This document shows, piece after piece, positions 1 through 10,476 of a stretch of DNA of 64,000 nt; within the stretch, counting starts at the first letter, position 1, and the number at the start of each line of letters is the position of its first letter. A program made the position numbers and the translations under genes. The notes under the pieces were generated by a model, which did not search any database, was not told where the DNA came from, and saw only the letters and a list, made by a program, of their open reading frames with translations. Origin of the DNA: a virus. The DNA lies in IMG/VR virus record IMGVR_UViG_3300042402_003577, positions 41,850 to 105,849 of that record. One strand, given 5' to 3'.

Positions 1-56
1 TTACTCTAAATTCATTCATTTCTTTATATTTTATTTTTTATTTACTTAATTATTAA

Positions 57-1838
57 TTAAAAAGTATAACTACTAGCATCAACTACTTTTGGAATTGCAG
101 TAACTAAAGGTGCATATATTACTGAATTAAAATTTGAATTAAGTGCTGGACTTGCACCTGTATTTAAAAAAGTACCAGAATCTATCCAAAATTGTGTACC
201 ATTAACAGAAGTTCTAATGCCTGTTGATACATTATTTAAATCAAAAGTGCAACCAGCAAAAGTAGAAGTATTGCCATTGTCTTCCCAGATATAAATTCTT
301 TGTGAAGATGGATTTGCTAAAGCATAAGTTGTATTAAATATAAAAGTACAATTTTCAAAATTACCAACTCCATTATTCCAACTCTCTATTACCCTATTAG
401 CTTCTATACTTACTTGATATAATGTAACTTTACTTGATACATTATAAACGCCAAGTGAAGGAGTATTATAATTATAAGATGTAACTTTACCACCAGTCAT
501 TTTAAAATTACTTGCACCTGTAATACAAAAATATTTATTAATATATTCAGAGTTATTATTTTGATTTACAATATTAACATTAGAATTGGCTGTAAGATTA
601 AAAGCTGTTTGAAAGCCTTCAATACAATTTGTACTGACATTATAAAGATTTTGTACATAAAGAGTACTTTGTTCAACTAAAAAAGCAGTACTTTGTGGTC
701 CCCCAGAATTTCCATTTCTTATAGGAGTGTTAATTATGGTACCAGTACTATTTCCTGTTAAAACAAACAAAGCTAAAGCACTAGGATTTGTAAAATCAAC
801 AGAACTTTCTGCTAAATATAAACTTGAATCTCTTCCTATAAAAAAATATCTATTTACTGTATATGAGCCCCCTGATATAGTAATATTTCCTTGTCTTTCA
901 GCATAAAATACAGGAGAGTTATTTACTGTATTTGAATCTACAAATATACAATTATTTAATTGTAAACTAGCTCCTTGTGCTGCAACAAATAATGTTGATG
1001 AACTAGAATTGTTAGTTATTTTGACATTTGTTAAAGCAGCATGTGCTCCTGTAGCATATAATCCTATTATAGGAACATTATTTTCAGAAGCCAAAGTTAA
1101 ATTACTAAAAGAAATAAATCCTGCTGAAAAACCATGTACTCCTTCTCCAGCGGACCCTTTAAGTATAACATTATCTTTAACCCCTGACAAAGACTCTACA
1201 TATAATACATTTTTGTCAAGCAATAATGTATCAAATTCATATTGAGAATTTAAAATATATGTACCATTCTCTAATCTTAAAGTAATATTAGAATCATCAA
1301 AATGATATTTTGATAATTCAGCTAAAGCAGTGTTAATATTATTAAAAGGAGCAGTTTGACTTGCCCCGATAGTTATAGTAGCACTTCCTTGCCAAACAGG
1401 TTGTTTATCACTTATTAGTTCTTCTAAATCAGTATACCAGCATTTAATAGTATTCCAAATATTATTTAGAGCGACAGTTAAAGAGGATCCTGTAGCAACA
1501 ATGGTTGCAGTATTATCACAGTTTCTTATATTTGCCCCATCATATTCTACTGTAGTAGTAGTTGGAGTGGCAGCACATTTAACAGTATCCCAAAGTTGAG
1601 ATAAGAAAGTGTTAAAGTTAGTTCCTCTAAATATATAATCATTGTCTGCACAATCTTTTAGATTGTCTCCTGTATATATTAAACAGTTAGTAGATTGTAA
1701 TCCACAAGGACATTCTTCTGTAAATTGTTCAGTAGCACAAGTGCAAGTAGTTGTACAATTGCAAGTAGGAGTTACTTGAGTACAACTTTGGCACTGGGAA
1801 CAACTTGAGCAATTACAGTTTGGATAATTATTACACAT
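57..1838 (-). CDS. Putative tail fibre/spike protein (Cys-rich N-terminus, beta-helix C-terminal body)
   Basis: 593 aa. Cys/Thr-rich N-terminus, two YxGxN-(L/I)-x-x-C repeats, then Asn/Ser-rich parallel beta-helix-like sequence. Lies in the structural module. Confidence 0.6.
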   Translation of the reverse strand: MCNNYPNCNCSSCSQCQSCTQVTPTCNCTTTCTCATEQFTEECPCGLQSTNCLIYTGDNLKDCADNDYIFRGTNFNTFLSQLWDTVKCAATPTTTTVEYDGANIRNCDNTATIVATGSSLTVALNNIWNTIKCWYTDLEELISDKQPVWQGSATITIGASQTAPFNNINTALAELSKYHFDDSNITLRLENGTYILNSQYEFDTLLLDKNVLYVESLSGVKDNVILKGSAGEGVHGFSAGFISFSNLTLASENNVPIIGLYATGAHAALTNVKITNNSSSSTLFVAAQGASLQLNNCIFVDSNTVNNSPVFYAERQGNITISGGSYTVNRYFFIGRDSSLYLAESSVDFTNPSALALFVLTGNSTGTIINTPIRNGNSGGPQSTAFLVEQSTLYVQNLYNVSTNCIEGFQTAFNLTANSNVNIVNQNNNSEYINKYFCITGASNFKMTGGKVTSYNYNTPSLGVYNVSSKVTLYQVSIEANRVIESWNNGVGNFENCTFIFNTTYALANPSSQRIYIWEDNGNTSTFAGCTFDLNNVSTGIRTSVNGTQFWIDSGTFLNTGASPALNSNFNSVIYAPLVTAIPKVVDASSYTF

Positions 1839-1865
1839 ATTATTATTATTTTTTATTATTATTTA

Positions 1866-2897
1866 TTATGAACAACCTAGCCACTGGATAGGAATAGCTT
1901 GTATATGAACAGGTTGGGTGTTTATGGATTGAACACTAGAATTTATAGTACTTCCTGTAAATGACCCAGTACCATTACCTGTAAATGTATGAGAGTGTAA
2001 TCCTGAAGATCCTATTAATTTGGAGGAAGTATGACAAGCACCACTTGCTAAACCCTCTTGATCTATACCCGCATTTCCACCACAAAAATCATCATTACCG
2101 AAAGGAATACCGTCAGTACAATTTCCACAAAAATTATCCTCATCTGCATCATTAAAAATCATTCTATGCTTATGATTACCCGCCTCATTTGTAGTACCTG
2201 TTACGGTAAAATTAGCATTGGTGGTAAAAGATACAGGTGGAATATTTTGAGCACCTAAAGTTACTGAATTATTACCACTAGGAGTTGTAATTGCACTAGG
2301 GCCATATTTTATAAAATTATTTAAAGCATTTATAGTTGTATATGTAACTCCTCCTATAGTATGAGATTGTCCATTAGCTATAGCCCATCCTGCTACAGGA
2401 CCATTAGACAATCCTAATCCAGTAGGCCCAAAATCGGTAGGTAAACCAAAATAAGGTAATATTGTTTTTGGAGGAACAAGCCCATTTACTTTAAAAGTTT
2501 TTAAACTAGGTGTTTCAGTTAAAGTAACTCTACTTGGATCACAAGCGGTAACTGTAACAGGTTTTGTTAATGCTAAATTATTTACTTGATTTTGTAAAGT
2601 AGTTAATTGAGTATTTAATATTTGTAATTGAGTACAATAAGCAGACTCAGTATCTAATATACTTTGTAATACTGTTAATAAAGAAGTTTTAGTTAAATTA
2701 ATACAAGGACTATTTTCTACTAAACTTGACATATCTAATTGACTTTGTAGTAATCCAATACAATTATCAAACTTAGCAATTACAGATGTAAGCAACTCTC
2801 CATTAGTAATAGTATTACCATTACAAATAATTAAATCTGGACCTGAATATTGAATTAATCCAGTGTTACTTTCTAAAGGGTTACAATCTACACACAT
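1866..2897 (-). CDS. Putative tail fibre protein (coiled coil plus collar/tip-like domain)
   Basis: 343 aa. YSGPDL..C repeat, coiled coil, collar-like 'PPKTILPY..GWAIANG' and HxH motifs (HKH, HSH) typical of fibre tips. Confidence 0.6.
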   Translation of the reverse strand: MCVDCNPLESNTGLIQYSGPDLIICNGNTITNGELLTSVIAKFDNCIGLLQSQLDMSSLVENSPCINLTKTSLLTVLQSILDTESAYCTQLQILNTQLTTLQNQVNNLALTKPVTVTACDPSRVTLTETPSLKTFKVNGLVPPKTILPYFGLPTDFGPTGLGLSNGPVAGWAIANGQSHTIGGVTYTTINALNNFIKYGPSAITTPSGNNSVTLGAQNIPPVSFTTNANFTVTGTTNEAGNHKHRMIFNDADEDNFCGNCTDGIPFGNDDFCGGNAGIDQEGLASGACHTSSKLIGSSGLHSHTFTGNGTGSFTGSTINSSVQSINTQPVHIQAIPIQWLGCS

Positions 2898-2941
2898 ATT
2901 GTTTTAATTAATTTACAAACTTATAAATAAATTTTATCTTT

Positions 2942-3550
2942 TTAACTATTGTTTTCTATTAAATGAGTAATTGGTTTTAAGTTTAGACATTGCAAAGTAG
3001 AAAAAACCTCAAAAGGAACATATTCATAAGCAAAGGTTTCAGTATACAAATAAGATTCATTAGAAAAGATTTCATTATTAATAGCATCATACTGGAAATT
3101 AAAAAATCCTAAATAGTTTGCTTTTTCTAATATTTCTAATACTTTTGCTACATCTGCTACAGTATTTATTTGACAATTTATCCATAAAGAATAAATATAA
3201 AACCCTTCTGTATTAGGTATTGGAGGTAATTCAAATCTAAATTCTTTTGAAGTGTCAACAGTTTTAGTAATTGTTTTCACTATTAACTCAACTTTATTAC
3301 CAACAATTTTATTGAATCTTTTTATAGTTTTAACGGTACCCTCTTCATTGCTAGTACAACTAAAAAATAACTTACTCATTTCTGGTAAGTTAAAGTTATT
3401 TTCTAATAATTGCTTTATGTAAATTAACTTTTGTAGTTTATCCTTACAAACTTTATATCCGTAAGTTTCTGATCTACAGAAAGATTGCACTAATTTTGAA
3501 ATTTGAGCATCTAAATTACACAATAAATCTTTATAAGTACTTAATGTCAT
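2942..3550 (-). CDS. Hypothetical structural-module protein
   Basis: ORF. ATG at 3550 (MTLSTYKD) preferred over the upstream alternative start. Confidence 0.5.
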   Translation of the reverse strand: MTLSTYKDLLCNLDAQISKLVQSFCRSETYGYKVCKDKLQKLIYIKQLLENNFNLPEMSKLFFSCTSNEEGTVKTIKRFNKIVGNKVELIVKTITKTVDTSKEFRFELPPIPNTEGFYIYSLWINCQINTVADVAKVLEILEKANYLGFFNFQYDAINNEIFSNESYLYTETFAYEYVPFEVFSTLQCLNLKPITHLIENNS

Positions 3551-3558
3551 CTTTTTAT

Positions 3559-4125
3559 TTATTTGCAGCCACAATCAATGTTTAGCACCTCTAATTTGTA
3601 TTGAAGGCATTCATATATTTCCGTGGCAGTTTCTTTTTTACAAAGACTGGCAGAAGATTTTAATCCTTCTCTATATAGTTTCAAAGTCTCAATATCTCTT
3701 GTTTCTTGTCTTAATTTACCTGTACAATCATTTTCATTGCAACATTTATTTTGTAAAAGATCTAAGGTTCTTTTATCAATAGTGCAGTCTAATTGGCATG
3801 TATTAAAATAGCAAAAAGTTTCGCTATTAGTTACAATAGGGCTATTAGGCTCTAATTGCTGCTCAACCACTAATTCTAAAGTATAATAGCCTTCTGCTAT
3901 ATCTTGTAAATATTTACTAAGATTAGTTTGTTGGCCTAGATTTTTAGCATTTAAAATAAGCTGGCCTTCAAAAGGAATTAATAATTTTATAGTTTCAGTT
4001 TGACCTGGAACTAATATATTAACATAGGTAGATACAATATTGCCTAATGTCAAATCGTACTCAGAAGTATTATTTACATAAATATACTTGCAACTATGCT
4101 GACTAAATTCTAAATTTAAATTCAT
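3559..4125 (-). CDS. Hypothetical virion protein (Cys-rich C-terminus)
   Basis: 188 aa ORF in the structural module. Confidence 0.5.
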   Translation of the reverse strand: MNLNLEFSQHSCKYIYVNNTSEYDLTLGNIVSTYVNILVPGQTETIKLLIPFEGQLILNAKNLGQQTNLSKYLQDIAEGYYTLELVVEQQLEPNSPIVTNSETFCYFNTCQLDCTIDKRTLDLLQNKCCNENDCTGKLRQETRDIETLKLYREGLKSSASLCKKETATEIYECLQYKLEVLNIDCGCK

Positions 4126-4126
4126 T

Positions 4127-4795
4127 TTATTTATTTTTGAAACTTTCGTATAAGTTTAATATTTCTTCTACAATTGGATCTCTATGGTTAGTTTTTAAAA
4201 CAATTTTACTAAATTTTTTCAACCCTTGTTCTTGTAAAAATTCTAAAAATTTTATTCCTGATGTTACTCCTTTACTTAAATCTATTTGATTAACGTCTCC
4301 ACATAACATCATCTTGCTTCCTTTACCCAATCTCTCCATCACCATTTTTACTTGGCTTTCAGTAGTATTTTGCACTTCATCCACTATAATTACAGCTTCA
4401 CAAAATGTACTTCCCCTCATATACGCAAAAGGTTTTATTTGTATAGACCCTTCCTTTATCATGTTATCTATCTTATCTTTTTTATACAAAGCATAAAAAT
4501 TTTGATAAATAGCTTGCACATAAGGATCTAATTTATCTTCTAACCCTCCTGGCAAAAAACCTAGTTTTTCTCCTGCTTCTAAAGCGGGCCTTGTTATTAT
4601 AATGTGCTTAACTTGTTTCTTAAAAAACAAATCTAAGGCTACTTGACAAGATACTAAAGTCTTTCCACTTCCTGCTTTTCCTGCAATATATGTTATACTA
4701 TTTTCTAGTATAACAGATTTTGCTTGTTTTTGTTCCTCATTTAAACTAACTTGGAACCTTATATTTTTTTCTCTTTCATTTGCAAAGTCTGGCAT
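4127..4795 (-). CDS. phoH: PhoH-like ATPase
   Basis: GKAGSGKT Walker A, TRPALEAGEKLGFLPG, AYMRGSTF, IVDEVQN, GDVNQID, RDPIV. Confidence 0.95.
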   Translation of the reverse strand: MPDFANEREKNIRFQVSLNEEQKQAKSVILENSITYIAGKAGSGKTLVSCQVALDLFFKKQVKHIIITRPALEAGEKLGFLPGGLEDKLDPYVQAIYQNFYALYKKDKIDNMIKEGSIQIKPFAYMRGSTFCEAVIIVDEVQNTTESQVKMVMERLGKGSKMMLCGDVNQIDLSKGVTSGIKFLEFLQEQGLKKFSKIVLKTNHRDPIVEEILNLYESFKNK

Positions 4796-4843
4796 AAATA
4801 TAATTTAGATGTATTGCAAATATGAGAATTAATTTTGAGTTTA

Positions 4844-5131
4844 CTAAATAAAAGTTTGAGTTAATTCTCCGTTTAAATTATATATAACGTGTAATTTATT
4901 TTTATTTTCTGGTATATAAGTTGCAGAGATTAATTCAAATGTATTTTTTTTATTTAAAGTTTTTTCAAAACTAGCAAATGCACTAGAAGCTGCTTTTTTA
5001 TCTGCTGCTGAAGGAGTGCTTTCTACTCTTTCAATAGTAGTTTTAACTAATTTAGTTTCTTCATTCTTAGTTTGAATGGCATTTGGAGTTATTTCTACCC
5101 AATTGTTATTTTTTAATTCTAAATATTTCAT
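4844..5131 (-). CDS. Hypothetical protein
   Basis: 95 aa ORF co-directional with neighbours. Confidence 0.5.
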   Translation of the reverse strand: MKYLELKNNNWVEITPNAIQTKNEETKLVKTTIERVESTPSAADKKAASSAFASFEKTLNKKNTFELISATYIPENKNKLHVIYNLNGELTQTFI

Positions 5132-5135
5132 GTTG

Positions 5136-6545
5136 TTATATATTATTTGTTGTTGAACCTAATCCATAATTAATAGGGTTGTTAGTTGCATCTGTACAAT
5201 AAATAGCTGTACCTGGGCCTGCTGGATTCATACCTTTTGTATAAGCAGCATATCCACCCATTCCACTTTGTGAACCTCCTATCCATCCTCCAAGACCATT
5301 ACATACACAATAGTAAAAAGTACCATTAGCAAAATTAGTACCAAAAGAGTTTTCATCAGCAACACAATTAAAATATTGTCCTCCTGCAATTAAACTAGGC
5401 CAACCTTGTAAACCTGCACCAAATGAATTTATTCCTGCTCTACAATTTTTATAAGTACCATTTGCTTGGTCAGCACCAAAAGATTCTATACCTGCTGTAC
5501 AATTTGTAAATACAACATCAGTTGCTACAATTCTAACTCCAAATGAAAAATCTCCTGCTTTGCAATCCGTAAAAGTAGTACTATAAATTTCAGAAACTGT
5601 ACCTATATCAGAAGTTTTTCCAAATGAATTTTCATTGGCTTTACAATTTCTAAACGTACAACCTTCAATATAAGTACCAAAAGAACCTTCTTCTGCAGTA
5701 CAATTAATAAAATTACTGTTCATTAATGTAGAAATTCCATTTGTTCTTCCGAAAGAATAACTTGTAGCACTACAATTGGTTAATGTTGAAGAGTTAATAC
5801 TATTATTAGTTCCAAAAGAATCTCCAGAGTTAGATTTACAATCGGTTAAATTACAACCTAATAAATCATGATAACCAAAACTACTAAATCCTGCTGTACA
5901 ATTTTTTAAGTCACAACTAGATAATGTATATCCAAATGACCAATCTTCTGCTGCACAATTTTCTAAAGTAGAAGCTGCTAAAATTTGTCCATTATCAGCA
6001 TCTCCAAAAGAATATAATCCTCCTACACAATTTTTAAAATTACCTGCAACATCTCCGCTTGTACTAGGATTAGAAAAGTTATAATCTCCACCAATTATAT
6101 TTTCAAAATAATTATTACTATAAGCACTATTAATTGTAATAGCTTGACTACCTAAGTTAAACCCTTTTATAATAATATCTGAAGAATCCACTATAATAGC
6201 AGTATTACTGCTAGAACAAGTTAAAAATACATCTGCATCTCCTGTTAGTGAAACTAAATCTATATAAGGAGTGTCCATTTCTAAAGAATCAAAAAAAGTA
6301 TACTTTCCTGGAGCTACTAATACAGTCATTCTGTTAGTATCAGACAAAAGTTGCCCATTTGGAGTAACTGTTTTTGCAAAAGCTAATTTGTCTACTAATT
6401 CAGTACCATTACTAAGAGTATTCAAAAGATTACCATAAACTACTATATAATTATTACCTTTTAGTTGATCTTTTGCTTCTAGTTTATCAATAACTGATAC
6501 ATATAAACTATTTCCTAAGTCTGAATTTGTTATTAATGTTGCCAT
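5136..6545 (-). CDS. Beta-helix repeat protein (putative fibre/spike)
   Basis: 469 aa with more than 10 repeats of (F/L)xNCxAxxxSFG. Confidence 0.6.
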   Translation of the reverse strand: MATLITNSDLGNSLYVSVIDKLEAKDQLKGNNYIVVYGNLLNTLSNGTELVDKLAFAKTVTPNGQLLSDTNRMTVLVAPGKYTFFDSLEMDTPYIDLVSLTGDADVFLTCSSSNTAIIVDSSDIIIKGFNLGSQAITINSAYSNNYFENIIGGDYNFSNPSTSGDVAGNFKNCVGGLYSFGDADNGQILAASTLENCAAEDWSFGYTLSSCDLKNCTAGFSSFGYHDLLGCNLTDCKSNSGDSFGTNNSINSSTLTNCSATSYSFGRTNGISTLMNSNFINCTAEEGSFGTYIEGCTFRNCKANENSFGKTSDIGTVSEIYSTTFTDCKAGDFSFGVRIVATDVVFTNCTAGIESFGADQANGTYKNCRAGINSFGAGLQGWPSLIAGGQYFNCVADENSFGTNFANGTFYYCVCNGLGGWIGGSQSGMGGYAAYTKGMNPAGPGTAIYCTDATNNPINYGLGSTTNNI

Positions 6546-6570
6546 TTTTTATATTTTTATTTTATTATTA

Positions 6571-7164
6571 TTAATATCCCCACCCTAAAGTATTTCCTGC
6601 TAAATCAAATAGTTCCACTGTAGTTCCATTTGTGTTAGTAGGAAGTATATATCCTATTAAGTTACCCGCTAAATCATTTAGCACAACTGTTGCTTCAGGA
6701 CAAATAGTATTATTAGGAAATATGTATGCAATATGATTGCCTGCTAAGTCTAATAAATCAACTGTAGCATTTGCTAAATTACATCCACCACAAGACACTA
6801 ATCCACAACAGATTAGCAAATTAGTTACTATTTTGTCAAAGTTCAAAGTTTCAATAGTAGCTTTTGGTCTAATTTGACCTCCATCTATCCACCATTGAAA
6901 ATCAGTTGAATCTACACAAAGTGTAGTACCTGCTTTACAGTTATATATATCCAATATAAGCTTCGTAAGAGAAATAAATTTATTATTAGGTCTTTTATTA
7001 GATTTAATTATATATGCTTTCTTTAAATAGGTATTTGAAGTAGCATCACAAGTTAGACTATAGCAATTAAATATATCACATAATATATTGCTGAAACTGG
7101 TATAGCCTGCTAATTTAGCAGCCTTACCTTGTCCCTTAAAAATTGCTTCTGATATTATGTACAT
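6571..7164 (-). CDS. Paralog family A member 1 (Cys-rich N-domain plus three DLAGN repeats)
   Basis: Shares IISE.I.KG, YNC..GTTLC, QWWI and IRP..T.ET.NF with the next two ORFs. Confidence 0.7.
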   Translation of the reverse strand: MYIISEAIFKGQGKAAKLAGYTSFSNILCDIFNCYSLTCDATSNTYLKKAYIIKSNKRPNNKFISLTKLILDIYNCKAGTTLCVDSTDFQWWIDGGQIRPKATIETLNFDKIVTNLLICCGLVSCGGCNLANATVDLLDLAGNHIAYIFPNNTICPEATVVLNDLAGNLIGYILPTNTNGTTVELFDLAGNTLGWGY

Positions 7165-7176
7165 GCAGTCTATTTA

Positions 7177-7992
7177 TTAAAAAGTAACAGTGTTTACATC
7201 TGCAGTTAAATCTGCCTGAACACCAGCACTAGGTTGGTCAGAAGTTTGTTGACTTGAACTATTCCAAGTACCTTTTGGTAGAGTACCTTGTAAGAATAAT
7301 CCCCCTAAAATATCTAATCCATCAGTGTTAAACTCTTGACCAGAAATATCTATATAAGAAGTTTCTATAGGTAGAGTAGTTATTGAAAATAATTGAGGAT
7401 TAGCTAAGAATGTAAAGTCTAGTATTTCTGCACCAGAAATAGATGCTGCAAGGTAATCTCCTTGTTTTGCAAAATTACTTACAACTGGAGTTCCATTACC
7501 CATAGCAACTAATAATGCTAGGAAATCAGCTTCACTTGCAACTCCTGCTGTTGGCCAACCTTCTGCGTATGCTCTAAAATTTAAAGGAGTACATGTATTA
7601 ATAATACCACAACAATTTAAAACTTTTTCTATAATTGGTGTAAAATTAATAGTTTCTATAGTTTTTGCGGGTCTAATTACATCTGTAGTAATCCACCATT
7701 GAGCACTTCTTGACCCTGGACATAATGTTGTACCTGTAAAACAGTTATAAACATCTAACACTAATTTGTTTAGAGATTGCCAATTAGCTCCTGGTTTTTT
7801 TCTTCCGTAAAGTAAAGAGGATTTTCTTAGAAAATAATCTGATTTGCTGGCAAGTAGTCCATTGCAACAAGTTATACCAAAACAAGAGAATATGTCTCCC
7901 ATTAAGTCGGACATATTAACAAAAGCTCCTTGATTTACAAGTTTATGTTTTCCTTTATAAATTGTCTCTGAAATAATATTAATTCTTTTCAC
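7177..7992 (-). CDS. Paralog family A member 2
   Basis: GTG start. The N-terminal ~135 aa are highly similar to 8036..9124. Confidence 0.7.
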   Translation of the reverse strand: MKRINIISETIYKGKHKLVNQGAFVNMSDLMGDIFSCFGITCCNGLLASKSDYFLRKSSLLYGRKKPGANWQSLNKLVLDVYNCFTGTTLCPGSRSAQWWITTDVIRPAKTIETINFTPIIEKVLNCCGIINTCTPLNFRAYAEGWPTAGVASEADFLALLVAMGNGTPVVSNFAKQGDYLAASISGAEILDFTFLANPQLFSITTLPIETSYIDISGQEFNTDGLDILGGLFLQGTLPKGTWNSSSQQTSDQPSAGVQADLTADVNTVTF

Positions 7993-8035
7993 GTTTTTAT
8001 TTTTTTATTAAATTTTTTATTTTAATTATTTAATA

Positions 8036-9124
8036 TTAAGGAATTATTGTACAGTTTTTAGTTAGCAATATAGCCTCTAAGTTTGTTCCTGTAACAGAAT
8101 TCACATTTCCTGTTAAATTTACACTACAAGTTCCTGCAAAACTAGGTTGAGCATTTGCCCAAGGCTCACTAGCTGTATATCCTGCAGTAGTCATTTGGTT
8201 GCTGCTTAAAAATAAAAATTGCAACGAAACAGGCAACGCAATACTAGGATTAAAGTCTACTATTTGGTTAAAACTTAAATATAGTTCTATTAAACTACTA
8301 GGCAACGCAATGCTAGGGTTGAATGTTACTATTTGGTTGTTGGCTAAATATAGTTCTTCCAACGAATTAGACAATGCAATACTAGGATTAAAAGTTGTTA
8401 TTTGGTTAAAACTTAAATATAAACGTCTCAGCCCGTTTATAACTCCTATTTTCTCTACATTTACTATTGTGTTATAACTTAAATTAAACTTAGTAGCATC
8501 TGCTGTTAAATTACATTGGATTCTATCACCTGTTTTTACAAAATCTGTAATAACAATGTTTGTGAAGTCATTTGCGCTAAAATTACCTAGACTATCATAC
8601 CCGTTTGTTAACCATTGCTGAAAAGTAGCTTGATTTGTAACGGGATAAGGATTAAGACTATTATCTAATAATATACTCCAATCCATAGTTAAATCAAAAT
8701 TGTAAGGTGAACTTACAGGTGCACAACAATTTAATATCTCACAACAAGTGAGAACTTTAATTATTATATTTGTAAAATTAATTGTTTCAACAGTTTTTCT
8801 TGGTCTAATAACGTCTGTAGTTATCCACCACTGTTCTTTTTTACTAGGGCATAATGTTGTTCCTGCACAACAATTATAGACATCTTTTACAATTTTCTCT
8901 AAAGAAGTCCAGTTAGCTCCTGGTTTTTTTCTACTATAAATCAATGCAGACTTTCTTATAAAATAATCTGATTTTTGTAAATTATTGCCATTACACGCAC
9001 AAGTTAGACCATTACAAGCGAATATATCATTTATAAGATCTGAAAAGTTAATAAATGCCCCCTGATTGACAAGTTTTTGTTGTCCTTTATAGATAGTCTC
9101 TGAAATAATATTAATTCTTTTCAT
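8036..9124 (-). CDS. Paralog family A member 3 with leucine-rich repeats
   Basis: 23-aa LRRs LxxLYLSFNQIxxFNPSIAL, with matching ~69-bp DNA repeats. Confidence 0.8.
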   Translation of the reverse strand: MKRINIISETIYKGQQKLVNQGAFINFSDLINDIFACNGLTCACNGNNLQKSDYFIRKSALIYSRKKPGANWTSLEKIVKDVYNCCAGTTLCPSKKEQWWITTDVIRPRKTVETINFTNIIIKVLTCCEILNCCAPVSSPYNFDLTMDWSILLDNSLNPYPVTNQATFQQWLTNGYDSLGNFSANDFTNIVITDFVKTGDRIQCNLTADATKFNLSYNTIVNVEKIGVINGLRRLYLSFNQITTFNPSIALSNSLEELYLANNQIVTFNPSIALPSSLIELYLSFNQIVDFNPSIALPVSLQFLFLSSNQMTTAGYTASEPWANAQPSFAGTCSVNLTGNVNSVTGTNLEAILLTKNCTIIP

Positions 9125-9193
9125 GTATATTTATATTTTATTTAACAAAAATAAGTATTAATTTTTATATTATAAAAATTATGTTATGTGTAT

Positions 9194-9230
9194 AAAAAAA
9201 AATAGGCGGCAAAGTTTCCTCTGCCACCTA
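9194..9230 (-). terminator. Intrinsic terminator
   Basis: Minus strand TAGGTGGCAGAG-GAAA-CTTTGCCGCCTA followed by T9. Confidence 0.8.
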
Positions 9231-9278
9231 CTCCACACACAAAACAATATATTAATTAATTTTACTTAATAATATTTT

Positions 9279-10454
9279 TTATATACAATTTAGGCTAATT
9301 GTTTTACCACAAGGCCCTGTAGTAACAAAAGCATTCAAAGTAGCTTCTACTGCTGTTTGAGTAGTAGTATGTGCTTCTGGAACTAGAATAGTTGTGATAA
9401 AGTTTGGATGCCAGTTCATACTGTTTGCATTCTCATTTGGAGAAACTGTATGGTATCCTAGTACATATTGGCAATATGATTGATTACAGTCAACTAGCAA
9501 GTTTTTAGTTCTTGATACGTTCAATTGAGCATAGTAAGGAGCTCCTGTAGTTTCAACTTCGCTGTTCAAACCATCAAAGCCTGTACCGCCTGGCATTTCA
9601 AGATACTCTTCCCACTGCAATTTAGCACCGTGACCTTCTGGTAATCTCATTCCTGTATTATCTACAGAAACACTTGTAGAATTTGGAGCCCATGCTGAAC
9701 CTAAGATAACTTGGATAGCTCCAATAGTGTATCTATCAACAATAGCTTCTGCTGGAGGGAAACATCCACAATCTGCAGTGTTTACTTTGAAAGTAACTTC
9801 GATTGCACAAGAGAAACCTGCCGCTGGAGTAATTGGAGAAACTGGGTCTGCAGAAGTTCTTACTTCTTGAACATATTTAGACAACAACTCGTTTCCTTCA
9901 ATTTCTGCTTTCAATTTCAAAGCAACTTCTTCACAGTCATGTGTATAATTACAATCACCATCGCAAGAAGGACACTCTTCTGATTGAACAGAAATCAATT
10001 CTACATGGTATCTGTTTTCTGGGTAGAAAAAGTTCAATGTAGGATCGTTAATTCTGATTCCAATAGAATAGTTTTGTGAACAATCTGTACAAGAGAAGTT
10101 AAACTTCGCTTTGTTAGACTGTCCAGTTTGAGGAGCTTTTACACTTGCATCATCCATTGAACAAGATGTAATAGTCTCACCTGAAGCCAATCTTACATTG
10201 TCTGAACTTGTTTTAGAAAGATTTTTATCTACTCCAATTGCAATAAAAATAGATTTTACTCCTACAATAGTAGTAGCATCTACCGCTGTATTGGTTTCAG
10301 CGTTGTAAAAACCAATTTGACCTGGTCTTAGTAAGTATTGTTTAGTAGTAGCATTGTAAAATGCAGTACCCGTTGCAACAATACCGTATCCTGTCGCACT
10401 ACCTGCTACTGCGGCAGTTGGAAGGAACATTTGTTTTTGAATTCTTGATCTCAT
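9279..10454 (-). CDS. Putative auxiliary capsid/structural protein (crAss-like conserved gene)
   Basis: 391 aa. Its position after the MCP and ring genes matches the Crassvirales head module. Confidence 0.55.
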   Translation of the reverse strand: MRSRIQKQMFLPTAAVAGSATGYGIVATGTAFYNATTKQYLLRPGQIGFYNAETNTAVDATTIVGVKSIFIAIGVDKNLSKTSSDNVRLASGETITSCSMDDASVKAPQTGQSNKAKFNFSCTDCSQNYSIGIRINDPTLNFFYPENRYHVELISVQSEECPSCDGDCNYTHDCEEVALKLKAEIEGNELLSKYVQEVRTSADPVSPITPAAGFSCAIEVTFKVNTADCGCFPPAEAIVDRYTIGAIQVILGSAWAPNSTSVSVDNTGMRLPEGHGAKLQWEEYLEMPGGTGFDGLNSEVETTGAPYYAQLNVSRTKNLLVDCNQSYCQYVLGYHTVSPNENANSMNWHPNFITTILVPEAHTTTQTAVEATLNAFVTTGPCGKTISLNCI

Positions 10455-10476
10455 TTTTAAATTTATTTAAGGTTTG

